NCBI RefSeq assembly: GCF_006345805.1
Contig: NW_021832389.1
Span: 21,288 to 85,287 of the forward strand
DNA length: 64,000 bases
Reading direction: 5' to 3'
DNA from: Octopus sinensis
Lineage: Eukaryota
The translations under genes and the position numbers were made by a program. Shown here one piece after another: positions 41,133 to 54,168 of this stretch. Below the pieces are notes generated by a model. The model had not been told where the DNA came from. It saw only the letters and a program-made list of their open reading frames with translations, and did no database searches. Every line of letters begins with the position of its first letter. The stretch's first letter is position 1.

Positions 41133-41425
41133 TGAAGGCGCGTGGCTTAGTGGTTTGGGCGTTCGGCTTATGATCGTAATGTCGTGAGTTCAATCCCAGG
41201 CGACGCGTTGTGTCCTTGAGCAAGACACTTTATTTCACGTTGCTCCAATCCACTCAGCTGGCAAAAACGAGTAATATTTCAAAGGGCCAACATTGTTACA
41301 CTTTGTGTCACGCTGAACATCCCTAAGGGTACACGTGTCTGTGGCGTTCTCAGTCACTTGCACGTTAATTTCACGAGCAAGCTGTTCCGTTGATCGTATC
41401 AGCTGGGACCCTCGACGCCTTAACC
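41133..41425 (+). mobile_element. SINE-C whose 3' end runs into the minisatellite
   Basis: GGCGCGTGGCTTAGTGG head, GAGTTCAATCCC B box, body collinear with the 23675 copy, ending GACCCTCGACGCCTTAACC. Confidence 0.88.
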
Positions 41426-44400
41426 GACGTCTTAACCTCCTTATATATATGACTCCTTAACCTCCTTATATATATGACTCCTTAACCTCCTTATATATAT
41501 GACTCCTTAACCTCCTTATATATATGACTCCTTAACCTCCTTATATATATGACTCCTTAACCTCCTTATATATATGACTCCTTAACCTCCTTATAATATG
41601 ACGCCTTAACCTCCTATATATATGACTCCTTAACCTCCTTATATATATGACTCCTTAACCTCCTTATATATATGACTCCTTAACCTCCTTATATTATGAC
41701 GCCTTAACCTCCTTATATATATGACTCCTTAACCTCCTATATATATGACTCCTTAACCTCCTTATTATATGACGCCTTAACCTCCTTATATATATGACTC
41801 CTTACCTCCTTATATATATGACGCCTTAACCTCCTTATTATATGACGCCTTAACCTCTTATATATATGACTCCTTAACCTCCTTATATATATGACTCCTT
41901 AACCTCCTTATATATATGACGCCTTAACCTCCTTATATATATATACTCCTTAACCTCCTTATATATATGACGCCTTAACCTCCTTATATATATGACTCCT
42001 TAACCTCCTTATATATATGACGCCTTAACCTCCTATATATATGACGCCTTAAACCTTATATATATGACTCCTTAACCTCCTTATATATGACGCCTTAACC
42101 TCCTTAATATATGACGCCTTAACCTCCTTATATATATGACTCCTTAACCTCCTTATATATATGACTCCTTAACCTCCTTATATATATGGACTCCTTAACC
42201 TCCTTATATATATGACTCCTTAACCTCCTTATATATATGACGCCTTAACCTCCTTATATATATGAATCCTTAACCTCCTTATATATATGACGTCTTAACC
42301 TCCTTATAATATATGACTCCTTAACCTCCTATATATATGACGCCTTAACCTCCTATAATATATGACTCCTTAACCTCCTTATATATATGACGCCTTAACC
42401 TCCTTATATATATGACTCCTTAACCTCCTATATATATGACTCCTTAACCTCCTTATATATATGACTCCTTAACCTCTTTTATATATGACGCCTTAACTCC
42501 TTATATATATGACGCCTTAACCTCCTCTTATATATATGACGCCTTAACCTCCTTATATATATGACGCCTAAACCTCCTTATATATATGACTCCTTAACCT
42601 CCTTATATATATGACGCCTTAACCTCCTTATATATGACTCCTTAACCTCCTTATATATATGACGCCTTAACCTCCTTATATATATGACTCCTTAACCTCC
42701 TTATATATATGACGCCTTAACCTCCTTATATATATGACGCCTTAACCTCCTTATATATATGACTCCTTAACCTCCTTATATATATGACGCCTAACCTCCT
42801 TATATATATGACGCCTTAACCTCCTTATATATATGACGCCTTAACCTCCTTATATATATGACGCCTTAACCTCCTTATATATATGACGCCTTAACCTCCT
42901 TATATATATGACGCCTTAACCTCCTTATATATATGACGCCTTAACCTCCTTATATATATGACTCCTTAACCTCCTTATATATATGACTCCTTAACCTCCT
43001 TATATATATGACGTCTTAACCTCCTTATATATATGACGCCTTAACCTCCTTATATATATGACTCCTTAACCTCCTTATATATATGACGCCTTAACCTCCT
43101 TATATATATGACGCCTTAACCTCCTTATATATATGACTCCTTAACCTCCTTATATATATGACGCCTTAACCTCCTTATATATATGACGCCTTAATCTCCT
43201 ATATATATGACTCCTTAACCTCCTTATATATATGACGCCTTAACCTCCTTATATATATGACTCATTAACCTCCTTATATATATGACGCCTTAACCTCCTT
43301 AATATATGACGCCTTAACCTCCTTATATATATGACTCCTTAACCTCCTTATATATATGACGCCTTAACCTCCTTATATATATGACGCCTTAACCTCCTTA
43401 TATATATGACGCCTTAACCTCCTTATATATATGACTCCTTAACCTCCTTATATATATGACGCCTTAACCTCCTTATATATATGACGCCTTAACCTCCTTA
43501 TATATATGACTCCTTAACCTCCTTATATATATGACGCCTTAACCTCCTATATATATGACTCCTTAACCTCCTTATATATATGACGCCTAACCTCCTTATA
43601 TATATGACGCCTTAACCTCCTTATATATATGACGCCTTAACCTCCTTATATATATGACGCCTTAACCTCCTTATATATATGACTCCTTAACCTCCTTATA
43701 TATATGACTCCTTAACCTCCTTATATATATGACGCCTTAACCTCCTTATATATATGACTCCTTAACCTCCTTATATATATGACGCCTTAACCTCCTTATA
43801 TATATGACGCCTTAACCTCCTTATATATATGACGCCTTAACCTCCTTATATATATGACTCCTTAACCTCCTTATATATATGACGCCTTAACCTCCTTATA
43901 TATATGACGCCTTAACCTCCTTATATATATGACTCCTTAACCTCCTTATATATATGACGCCTTAACCTCCTTATATATATGACTCCTTAACCTCCTTATA
44001 TATATGACGCCTTAACCTCCTTATATATATGACTCCTTAACCTCCTTATATATATGACGCCTTAACCTCCTTATATATATGACGCCTTAACCTCCTTATA
44101 TATATGACTCCTTAACCTCCTTATATATATGACGCCTTAACCTCCTTATATATATGACTCCTTAACCTCCTTATATATATGACGCCTTAACCTCCTTATA
44201 TATATGACTCCTTAACCTCCTTATATATATGACGCTTAACCTCCTTATATATATGACGCCTTAACCTCCTTATATATATGACGCCTTAACCTCCTTATAT
44301 ATATGACTCCTTAACCTCCTTATATATATGACGCCTTAACCTCCTTATATATATGACGCCTTAACCTCCTTATATATATGACGCCTTAACCTCCTTATAT

Positions 44401-45102
44401 ATATGACGCCTTAACCTCCTTATATATATGACTCCTTAACCTCCTTATATATATGACTCCTTAACCTCCTTATATATATGACGCCTAACCTCCTTATATA
44501 TGACTCCTTAACCTCCTTATATATGACGCCTTAACCTCCTTATATATATGACGCTTAACCTCCTTATATATATGACGCCTTAACCTCCTTATATATATGA
44601 CTCTTAACCTCCTTATATATATGACGCCTTAACCTCCTTATATATATGACGCCTTAACCTCCTTATATATATGACTCCTTAACCTCCTTATATATATGAC
44701 GCCTTAACCTCCTTATATATATGACTCCTTAACCTCCTTATATATATGACGCCTTAACCTCCTTATATATATGACTCCTTAACCTCCTTATATATATGAC
44801 GCCTTAACTCCTTATATATATGACTCCTTAACCTCCTTATATATATGACTCCTTAACCTCCTTATATATATGACTCCTTAACCTCCTTATATATATGACT
44901 CCTTAACCTCCTTATATATATGACGCCTTAACCTCCTTATATATATGACTCCTTAACCTCCTTATATATATGACTCCTTAACCTCCTTATATATATGACT
45001 CCTTAACCTCCTTATATATATGACGTCTTAACCTCCTTATATATATGACTCCTTAACCTCCTTATATATATGACGCCTTAACCTCCTTATATATATGACT
45101 CC
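41414..45102. repeat. 25-bp minisatellite GAC(T/G)CCTTAACCTCCTTATATATAT, ~3.7 kb, roughly 147 units
   Basis: Direct reading. Two major variants (GACTCC/GACGCC), rare GACGTC, scattered 1-2 bp indels. Confidence 0.98.
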
Positions 45103-45394
45103 ATCTTGCTTGTAGTAGGAAGGAAGCCTGTCTCCTTTATCAGCCGTTAGAAAAGAGCTCTCACGTTTCTAAGAGTTGTTTTGGCTCCTATCTCTAGTAA
45201 TCCTGGTACTTACCTGCACCCTCCGTCATTTTAGTAGCCACCGTACTTGTTGCCTATCGGATCTAAATTGCGAATACCCACCTGAATGTGTGTGTATGCA
45301 TATATGCACGTATTTATAATGTTTTATAGACATGTAGGAGGTGTCTTAATTGGAAGATAGCGACACACACACACACACACACATAATATTTATA

Positions 45395-45464
<70 letters not shown>

Positions 45465-45467
45465 GCA

Positions 45468-45785
45468 GAATTCCGACGGTTACGACGATGAGGGTTCCAG
45501 TTCCTCCAAGCAATGGAACTGCCTGCTATTGAAATTACCGTACAAGTGGCTGAGCACTCCACGGACACGCGTACCCTTACCGTAATTCTTAGGCAGACTC
45601 AACGTGAAAAAGAACGTAATAGGGCCGGTCCCTTAAAGAATAGGCACAACTCATCCGTGCCATCTGATAGACTGGAACAACGTGAAATAAAAAGTATTGC
45701 ACAAGGACACCACGCGCGGGCGGATATCGAACTCACGACCTTACTATAGCGAGCCGGATACTTTAACAGCTAAGCAACTAGTATA
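45468..45785 (-). mobile_element. SINE-C (degenerate)
   Basis: CCGACGGTTACGACGATGAGGG...GTGGCTGAGCACTCCAC...CAACGTGAAATAAA...TCGAACTCACGACC. Confidence 0.8.
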
Positions 45786-46159
45786 CCCATTTCGTAATCA
45801 TCTCTTTACGATAGGTGCGTAATTCTTGACATTCCCACCCAAACGATCAACTTTCAAAATGAGATCAATCAAGAAATGAAATTAAGTACAATACCCTATC
45901 GACCACTGATAGTTTATCGATCTATCTATTGTATAGCTACGTTACTTCATCCTAGTTATTCTTTCTGCTCTTTCATTGATCCTTTCCTACCGATATTCCT
46001 TCTCACCCAATTTCTCCTTATAACGTTTTTCTTCCTTACATTCCTTTTTTATTTCCATTTATTCATTCTTACCTGTATTCTTCATTAGCATTATTATCCT
46101 TTACTGTTATTCTTGCCTTCCATTATCCCTCCTTACCGTCTTTCAATTTAGTTATTGTG

Positions 46160-46432
46160 TCCATCCTTGCCAATAGATATGAATATCGAGTTATGACAGT
46201 TGAAATAGAGTTCCTCTGGAGGATCTCAGGAGTAACGTTACTCGACAGGATAACGTACCTCAGACATCAGAGAATCGACCCCAGGTGGAGCCGCTACTTC
46301 TCTATATTTAAAGCTCACACTTCCAGGACGATGGAGATATGATTAGAGTATGGCAGAAATAATTTATAAAATGGATTCTTGACGCTGAGCCAACGAGGAC
46401 AAACCTGGTGGTAGAACAAGAAAAAGGTTGTT
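46160..46432 (+). mobile_element. RTE-clade LINE 3' ORF fragment, followed by a SINE-A head (46433-46490)
   Basis: Translation RVMTVEIEFLWRISGVTLLDRI..(V)EPLLLYI..KWILDAEPT..GGRTRKR matches the RTE/Expander C-terminus (..EMGFLRRISGVTLLDRVRS..VEPLLL..GRRPRGRPR). Confidence 0.75.
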
Positions 46433-47077
46433 GGGTGAGCTGGCAGAAACGTTAGCACGCCGGACGAAGTGCGTAGCCGTATTTCATCTGCATCCTTACC
46501 CTCATTTTACATTCTCGTTATTCCTCAGTTCCTTTATAAATCCTTACTTTTATTCTTCCTTACTATCAGTCATTCTTACCACCATTCTTCTTTGACGTTA
46601 TTCATCGTACCTATATTCATCTTTACCGTCATTCTTCCTCGCCATCAGTCATTCTTACCGTCCTCCTCCTTTTTTTCCGTTATTAAATCCTTACCTTTAT
46701 TACTCCATCCTTACCATTATTCCTCCTTTGCCGTTATTTCATCTTTATCTGTATTCTTCCGTACCATCATTCTACTTTAAACGTTTTACATCTTCATACA
46801 TTTATCAACCCAAGCATATTTTGTCTTTGTTTTTTTTTTTTTGCTTATCTTTCCCCGTTTTATCTTTTTCCCTTTCTATCGAATTCTATCGATTTCTTTC
46901 CTTTACCACGTACTATGCCTTGTCCACAGCATGTACTCTACTACTAGTAAAATATCACTACTACAACCATTACTACTACTACTACTACTACTACTACAAC
47001 TACTGCTACTACTACTAGATCACCACTACAACTACTACCACTACCATCACTACTACTAATACTACTAATACTTCTAC

Positions 47078-47119
<42 letters not shown>

Positions 47120-47359
47120 CACAACTACTGCTACTACTACTAGATCACCACTACAACTACTACCACTACCATCACTACTACTAATACTACTAATACTTCT
47201 ACTACTACTACTACTACACTACTACTACTACTACTACTACTAGGTCGTCGTCGTTTCTTTTTACATATCTATGTAGCTACATAGGGATATTCACACAGAC
47301 ACACACATATACATTCATTCTTTCTATGTCTTCATCTCTGTCTCTCTCCCTCTTTCTCC

Positions 47360-47408
<49 letters not shown>

Positions 47409-47604
47409 CTCCACATGCATATATATTCACATTCTTCCCCACCATTCTTCTCTCTCTCCCTCTCGCTACTCCTTTCACTTCACACAATTTCTATAATTCT
47501 CTATAATGCTATAATATAATAATTATTACTCTTGCTTTTATTTCTCTCTACTCAACAGCACCCCCTCTAATCTACAACTTCTCTCCGCTCTCTTATTTCT
47601 ACTA

Positions 47605-47635
<31 letters not shown>

Positions 47636-47752
47636 GTACTACGTGAGCCCCCTTACTCTTACCCACGCTAGTTTTTACTCCCTCTTTTATGAAAACTCGT
47701 TCTGTAAGACCATCATTCTATCTCTCTCTATCTCTATCTCTCTCTTTATATA

Positions 47753-47783
<31 letters not shown>

Positions 47784-47886
47784 CAATATATATTCCTTTC
47801 TCTGTCTATCTGGCTAATCTACCTATCCAACCAGTCATCAATCTAGCTAGCTAGGTAGCTATCTATCTATCTATCTATCTATCTAC

Positions 47887-47929
<43 letters not shown>

Positions 47930-47930
47930 C

Positions 47931-48013
<83 letters not shown>

Positions 48014-48328
48014 CCCTTCTCTTTGTCTATCTGGCTAATCTGTCTATCTATCTACCCATCCATCCATCAGTTCGTCTGTCGATCTGTCTCTCTACCTATC
48101 TATCTAGTTATTCATCTATCATCTATCAATCTGTCTGTCTATATACTTGCCTGTCCTTCTCTCTCTCTCTCTTTCTATGTCTGTCCGTTTGTCTCTCCGT
48201 GTCTGTCAGTCTGTCGGTCTGACTCTATGTCTGTGTCTGTTTCATTTCTACGTTTTCAAATTCTTTCATTTCATTCATTAATCCTCTTCTTACTCCCGTT
48301 TTGTTTTTTCTCCTTCCTTCCTAATCTT

Positions 48329-48359
<31 letters not shown>

Positions 48360-48836
48360 CACTTCTCTCCTTTCTCCCGTTCTAACTCAATTGCCCTCCT
48401 TCCCTCCCTCCCTCCATCTCTCTCTCTCTCGCTCTTTCTCTATCCCTCTCCTCCCGCCCACCTCTTTCCTTCCCACTTTTACCTCTGCCATTTATTTTTA
48501 CAGCAGATAAAATGTATTTAATTTTAATTAAATAGCTGTTGCTATCACGACAGATCTGAGAGGGTTTTAGTTAAGGCTGAAATATTGAACAAACACGGTC
48601 TACAACAACAACAACAACGACAACGATAATTGCTACTACTACTACTACTACTACTACTAACATTACCGTTACTACTTCCACTATTGCACATACAACACGA
48701 GCAAACAACACCTACAATAATTAAAGTAATGATAATCATAGTAATAACAAGAAGATGATGATGATGAAGGAGAAGGAGGAAGAGGGGAGAAGAAGAAAAA
48801 GAAGAAGAAGAAGGAGGAGGAGGAGAACGAGAAGAA

Positions 48837-48867
<31 letters not shown>

Positions 48868-49384
48868 CAATCGAGGGGTGCAATCCACTGGGAGCTATAT
48901 AGAAAGCTAGGATTTGAACACGCTGATAAATTGTACGAACATGAGCCTAGAAAAGTACTGGAAGCGACTTTAATATTCAGACTGACAGAATAATAGAAGC
49001 TAGGAGGCATAATTTGATAGTCGTGGATAAAGAGAATAGAAAGTGCCAGAGAATTGATTTTACAGTCCCAAATGATGAAAGAACATCAATATGAAGAGGT
49101 ACAGAAAAAATAACAAAGTTCCTGGACCTAGCCATTGAATTGCAGAGACTATGGAAATGCGGGTAAAATATATCCCAGTAGTTATAGGTGCATTGAAAAC
49201 TATCCCTAAAGATCTGAACAGATGGATAGAGTAGACAGGCATAAAACCCAGTTTAGTACAGCTGCAGAAAACGTCGTTATCAGGGACAGCCAGGATACTT
49301 AGGAGGGTTAATGGCATCTAAGGTTACTTGTTGTAACCCAATATGAGGGTTCTTTTCTTTTCCAGCAATCTAATCTGTTGAGTC
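48868..49384 (+). mobile_element. R4/Dong-clade LINE 3' fragment (degenerate RLE domain)
   Basis: IHWELYRKLGFEHADKLYEHEPRKVLE..DFNIQTDRIIEARRHNLIVVDKENRKC.RIDFTVPND..EKITKFLDLAIELQRLW..IPVVIGAL..LQKT...GTARILRRV. Stop at 49319-49321; 3' UTR ends in (AAT)n. Confidence 0.88.
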
Positions 49385-49434
<50 letters not shown>

Positions 49435-49446
49435 TAATAATAATAA

Positions 49447-49917
49447 TTGGTATATAAGATGGGCTACAGCAAATATTCTGCTTAGTACCATACATTTGCA
49501 AGTCAGTTGTTTGACCGTAACCATTTGAGCATGTCCCTTAGTGGCTGACGATATGTGCATCTCGCATCACCAGCAGAAGTAGTGGGGGAGCATCATAGCC
49601 ATGTGTCGAGAGGAATTTTTTAGGGGTTTTAATAATTTTTCTGAGGAAACATTGGTGCTTCGTTGAACATCCTTAATCTTTATTCAGGGATCTTTTAAAT
49701 AGGATCGGCTATTAGACCTGAGGAAAAATTCTAACTGGATCCCACCTGCAAGGTCATACGCTATTTATCTTGATATGAGATCACCATATTGCGCACATAT
49801 GGTTGTGAAGTATTTGCCTGGTGTACGCTTACCAGACGGGTAGTCATGATGGGTATATTAGGCTTCGTATATTTGTACCCCAGTGCCATTTGATGACATC
49901 GAACCTAATCTCTCTCA
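49447..49917 (+). mobile_element. Family E copy
   Basis: Reverse-complement homologue of 56910-57413, starting directly after (AAT)n. Confidence 0.85.
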
Positions 49918-50097
49918 AATCATAGCTTACAACAGAAAAACAGGTGGACATATTGGCTCGTTTGTTCTTAGATATTTCTGTAAAAGCTGGATGAAGACGG
50001 TTCGAAATCGCTTAGTCTGAGGTGAATGAACTTGCCTGGGGAATAAACAACTACGGCGACTACTGCTACTACATTCTACCAGCGTAATGGTAAAGGT

Positions 50098-50795
50098 GCT
50101 TAGCTTAGTGGCTTGTGTATTCGACTCACGATCTTAAGGGTGTGAGTTCGAATACTGGCGGCAGGTTCTGTCCTTGAGGAAGAAAATATATTTCACGTTG
50201 CTCCAGGCTACTGATTTGGCGAAAATAAGTAGTACCTTATTTTCTTTACTACCCACAAGGGGCTAAACACAAAGAGGACAAACAAGGACAGACAAACGGA
50301 TTAAGTCGATTATATCGACCCCAGTGCGTAACTGGTACTTAATTTATCGACCCCGAAAGGATGAAAGGCAAATCGGCCTCGGCGGAATTTGAATTCAGAA
50401 CGTAGCGTCAGACGAAATACCTATTTCTTTATTACCCACAAGAGGCTAAACACAGAGAGGACAAACAAGGACAGACAAACGGATTAAGTCGATTATATCG
50501 ACCCCAGTGCGTAACTTGTACTTATTTAATCGACCCCGATAGGACGAAAGGCAAAGTCGACCTCTGCGGAATTTGAAATCAGAACGTAGCGTCAGACGAA
50601 ATACCGCTAAGCATTTCGCCCGGCGTGCTTAAGTTTTCTGCCAGCTGGCCGCCTTACGAAAATAAGTAGTACCTTTAATTCAAAAGAGCCAACCTTGTCT
50701 GTAGAGAGGTCAGTCACTAGCACGTTAATTTAACGAGCAGGCTGTTTCGCTGATCAGTTGAACTGGAACCCTCGTCTTCGTAACCGACGGATTGC
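50098..50795 (+). mobile_element. Old SINE-C split by a SINE-A dimer insertion
   Basis: Head at 50098-50238; body resumes at 50657-50795. Confidence 0.8.
50239..50654 (-). mobile_element. SINE-A dimer (full + head-less) inside one 19-bp TSD
   Basis: Junction GAAATACCTATTTC at ~50415. TSD CGAAAATAAGTAGTACCTT at 50220-50238 and 50657-50675. Confidence 0.93.
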
Positions 50796-51351
50796 CAGCT
50801 ACCAGCGTAACGAGAATATTACATATGGAATAATTTAGGTTTATATACATACAATGCTAGAAATATTCGCTTACATAAATCTATTCATAAGGTTGACGGG
50901 AGACTTAATAGTAAGAAAGGCAACGTTACTTCAAATGTAAATGCTTCTGACATCTCTCTGTAGAAAACTACGTAAATTTTCTGTTTAAACATGACACGGA
51001 TTCTACAGTTTATTTAATGTTTTCACGTTTTCACGCCTATTTAACGTGTTCAGTTTATCTTGTCTACATACAAAACTGTAGCACGCAGCTACTTGATGTG
51101 TGCACAGATTCAATAAGTTTATTTAATATTTTTGCTATTTTTACGTTTTGAGTTTTCGTTTCTATGCTTTATATAGAACATAAAACCGTTTCAATCAATG
51201 AGATACAGTGACGTTATTATTTCTGTTTACAGTTTCACATTTCTATATATATATATATATATATATATTTACATCGCTGTCCCTTTCAATATCCTACTGA
51301 TTTTATACGGTTACTTTAGGCGGTTTTACCCTTTAATATATATATAAATAT

Positions 51352-51574
51352 ATATATACAGTATACATTTAAATACATAAGAGGCATCCATCATAGGACT
51401 CCTTACACGCTAGAGAGAACAGTTAAATTCCAAACCACTATTAGGGTTTTTATTTTTCATTCCCTTAGAAAATTTATTCCTAATAGTAGTTTGGAGTTTA
51501 ACTGTTCTCTATAGCGTGCAAGGTTTCCTATGATGAATGCCTCTTATGTGTTTAAATGTACGCTGTATTTATAT
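51352..51574. repeat. Degenerate fold-back, ~95-bp arms, ~33-bp spacer
   Basis: TACAGTATACATTTAAATACATAAGAGGCAT...CACTATTAGG versus CCTAATAGT...ATGCCTCTTATGTGTTTAAATGTACGCTGTA. Confidence 0.85.
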
Positions 51575-51666
51575 GAATAATATATTGTCTATTGACTAAA
51601 TTTTTACACGCTAGCCACTGGTAATGGGAATTTCTAATATTTTTGATTAACCTTTAATATTATTAA

Positions 51667-51716
<50 letters not shown>

Positions 51717-51893
51717 TAGGCGCAGGATTAGCTGTGTGGTAAGAAGCTTGCTTCACAACCACATGGTTAGAGGTTCACTTCCACTGCGTGGCACCTTGGG
51801 CAAGTGCCTTGTACTATAGCTTCAAGATTACCAAAGCCTTGTGAGTGGATTTCGTAGACGGAACCTCAAAGAAGCCTGTCGTATATGTATGCT

Positions 51894-51930
<37 letters not shown>

Positions 51931-51939
51931 TATATATAT

Positions 51940-52312
51940 ATATATATATATAAACGGCAGTTTGTCTGTGCGTGTTTCTGTGTGTCTGTTTGCTTGTACC
52001 CTCACCCTGACCACGGCTTTCAACCGATTCTGATGAAACGTGACACACACATAGCCCAATGTCATAATTCAAAACTAACGCAGCCAAAATTTTGAAAAGT
52101 TCCCCCAGTTCTGAAAAAAATCGATAAATTCGACATGGGGTCGAGAATCTGAAACACGAACCACAAACTGTCTAGGGGACGCAACTCCATCCTTTTTTAA
52201 CTCTCAAAAAAAAATTTACCATATTTTTTTCCATTTTTTGGCTATAACTCTCTAAAAATGCTTTATAGTTATTTCCCTTACAAACCTGAGCAACGCCGGG
52301 CGATACTGCTAG
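51940..52312 (+). mobile_element. Non-autonomous Helitron-like element
   Basis: Starts in (TA)n with TATAAACGGCAGTTTGTCTGTG. Ends GAGCAACGCCGGGCGATACTGCTAG|T (GC-rich subterminal motif + CTAG), typical of Helitron 3' ends. Confidence 0.7.
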
Positions 52313-52432
52313 TATATATATATATATATATATGTCTTTCTGTTTATATTTGTTCCTCACCACTGCTTGACAACCGGTACTAGTGTGTTTGGGTCCCTTT
52401 AAATGAACGGTTCGGCCAAAGGGACAATATAG

Positions 52433-52620
52433 TAGCGGTATTTCGTCTGTCGTTACGTTCTGAGTTCAAATTCCGCCGAGGTCGACTTTGCCTTTCATCC
52501 TTTCGGGGTCGATAAATAAAGTACCAGTATCGTACGGGGGTCGATGTAATCGACTTAATAACTTGTGTCTGTCCTTGTTTGTCCCCTCTATGTTTAGCCC
52601 CTTGTGGGCAGTAAAGAAAT
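52433..52620 (+). mobile_element. Head-less SINE-A unit
   Basis: Begins at TAGCGGTATTTCGTCTG and runs to the tail-1 end GCAGTAAAGAAATA. Confidence 0.88.
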
Positions 52621-53430
52621 ATATATCAGATTTAACAAACAAACAAAAAAATGTAATGGGGGTCGATTCATTGGACTAAAAATTCCTCAGGGTGGTGTCC
52701 CAGTATGGCCGCAGTCTAATGCCAGATACAAGTAAAATATATAAGAAAATACTGTAAAACTGAATTAAAGATTATTTAACCAGTTTACTCTACTCTTATA
52801 TTTTTTCATACACTCACGTTTCTGCACATAAATCACACAGCGTTAAATGTACGATTGATTAAAACGGATTACATAACATAGTCAGGTTTGTACGAATATT
52901 TTTTTTATCACGTTTTCGGTTTTTCTCTATAAAATGTTACACAACATTGTCAGTTACGAATGACAACGATTAAATGAGGTTATTTGACATGTTCTTGTGT
53001 TTATGCTCTCTTTTTTTTCTTTTAATACTCTCACATTCTGATGTACATACACGTAAGACAAAATAATTGTAACACTCTTTAAAAGTGTTTCACGTTTTGA
53101 ATTTTAATTGTATAACTTCACGTGTCTGTCGATCTCGGTGTTAAAGAGGTTGCTTCACGTGTCCATCTGCATCTCCACTGAAACTATGCAACTCCGTTGT
53201 ACTGTGAATCATTTAACATTCATCAACTCTTTCGCATTTTCGCCTTATTTAGGCTTGTTGTGTTCATGTTTTGCAAATGTAACTACACAACTTAATCTAA
53301 TTTTCACCTAGCATTCATTAATTATATTTCCTTAACATTTTCCCAGTTTTACGTTATCACATTTCTACAGAGAAACGGATATTAGTAGCGATACTGCTAG
53401 CTCGCTCCCTTCCTCCGCTGCTGTAATATT

Positions 53431-54168
53431 TTTTTCTATTCTAGGTACAAGGTCCTAAATTTTGGGGGAGGGGTCCAGTCGATTAGATCGACTCCAGTAC
53501 GCAACTGGTACTTCATTTATCGACCCTGAAAGGATGAAGGGCAAAGTCGACCTCGGCGGAATTTGATCTCAGAACGTAGCGACAGACGAAATACCTATTT
53601 CTTTACTACCAACAAGGGGCTAAAACAGAGTGGACAAACGGATTAAGTCGATTAGATCGACCCCAGTGCGTAAATGGTACTTATTTAGTCGACCCCGAAA
53701 GGATGAAAGGCAAAGTCGACCTTAGCGTAATTTGATCTCAGAACGTAACGACAGACGAAATACCTATTTCTTTACTACCGACAAGGTGCTAAACACAGAG
53801 AGGACAAACATGGACAGACAAACGGATTAAGTCGAATAGATTGACCCCAGTGCGTAACTGGTACATATTTAGTCGACCGCGAAAGTATGAAAGGCAAAGT
53901 CGACCTCGGCGAAATTTGAACTTAGAACGTAGCAGCACTCGAAATACCTATTTCGAGTGGCTACACACAGAGGGGACAAACAAGGACAGACAAACAGATT
54001 AAGTCGATTACATCGTCCCCAGTGCGTAACTGGTGCTTATTTAATCGACCCGGAAAGTATGAAAGGCAAAGTCGACCTCGGCGGAATTTGAACTCAGAAC
54101 GTAGCGGTAGACGAAGCACCGCTAAGTATTTCGCCCGGCGTGCTAACGTTTCTGCCAGCTCACTGCCT
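53431..54168 (-). mobile_element. SINE-A tetramer (one full + three head-less units; last has tail type 3)
   Basis: Junctions GAAATACCTATTTC at ~53588, ~53757 and ~53941. Candidate TSD TGTAATATT at 53422-53430 and 54177-54185. Confidence 0.88.

Larger units (their letters stand above)
51718..52717 (+). mobile_element. SINE-B hosting a Helitron and a head-less SINE-A
   Basis: 5' half at 51718-51890; 3' half at ~52335-52430 and ~52620-52717. Confidence 0.75.
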
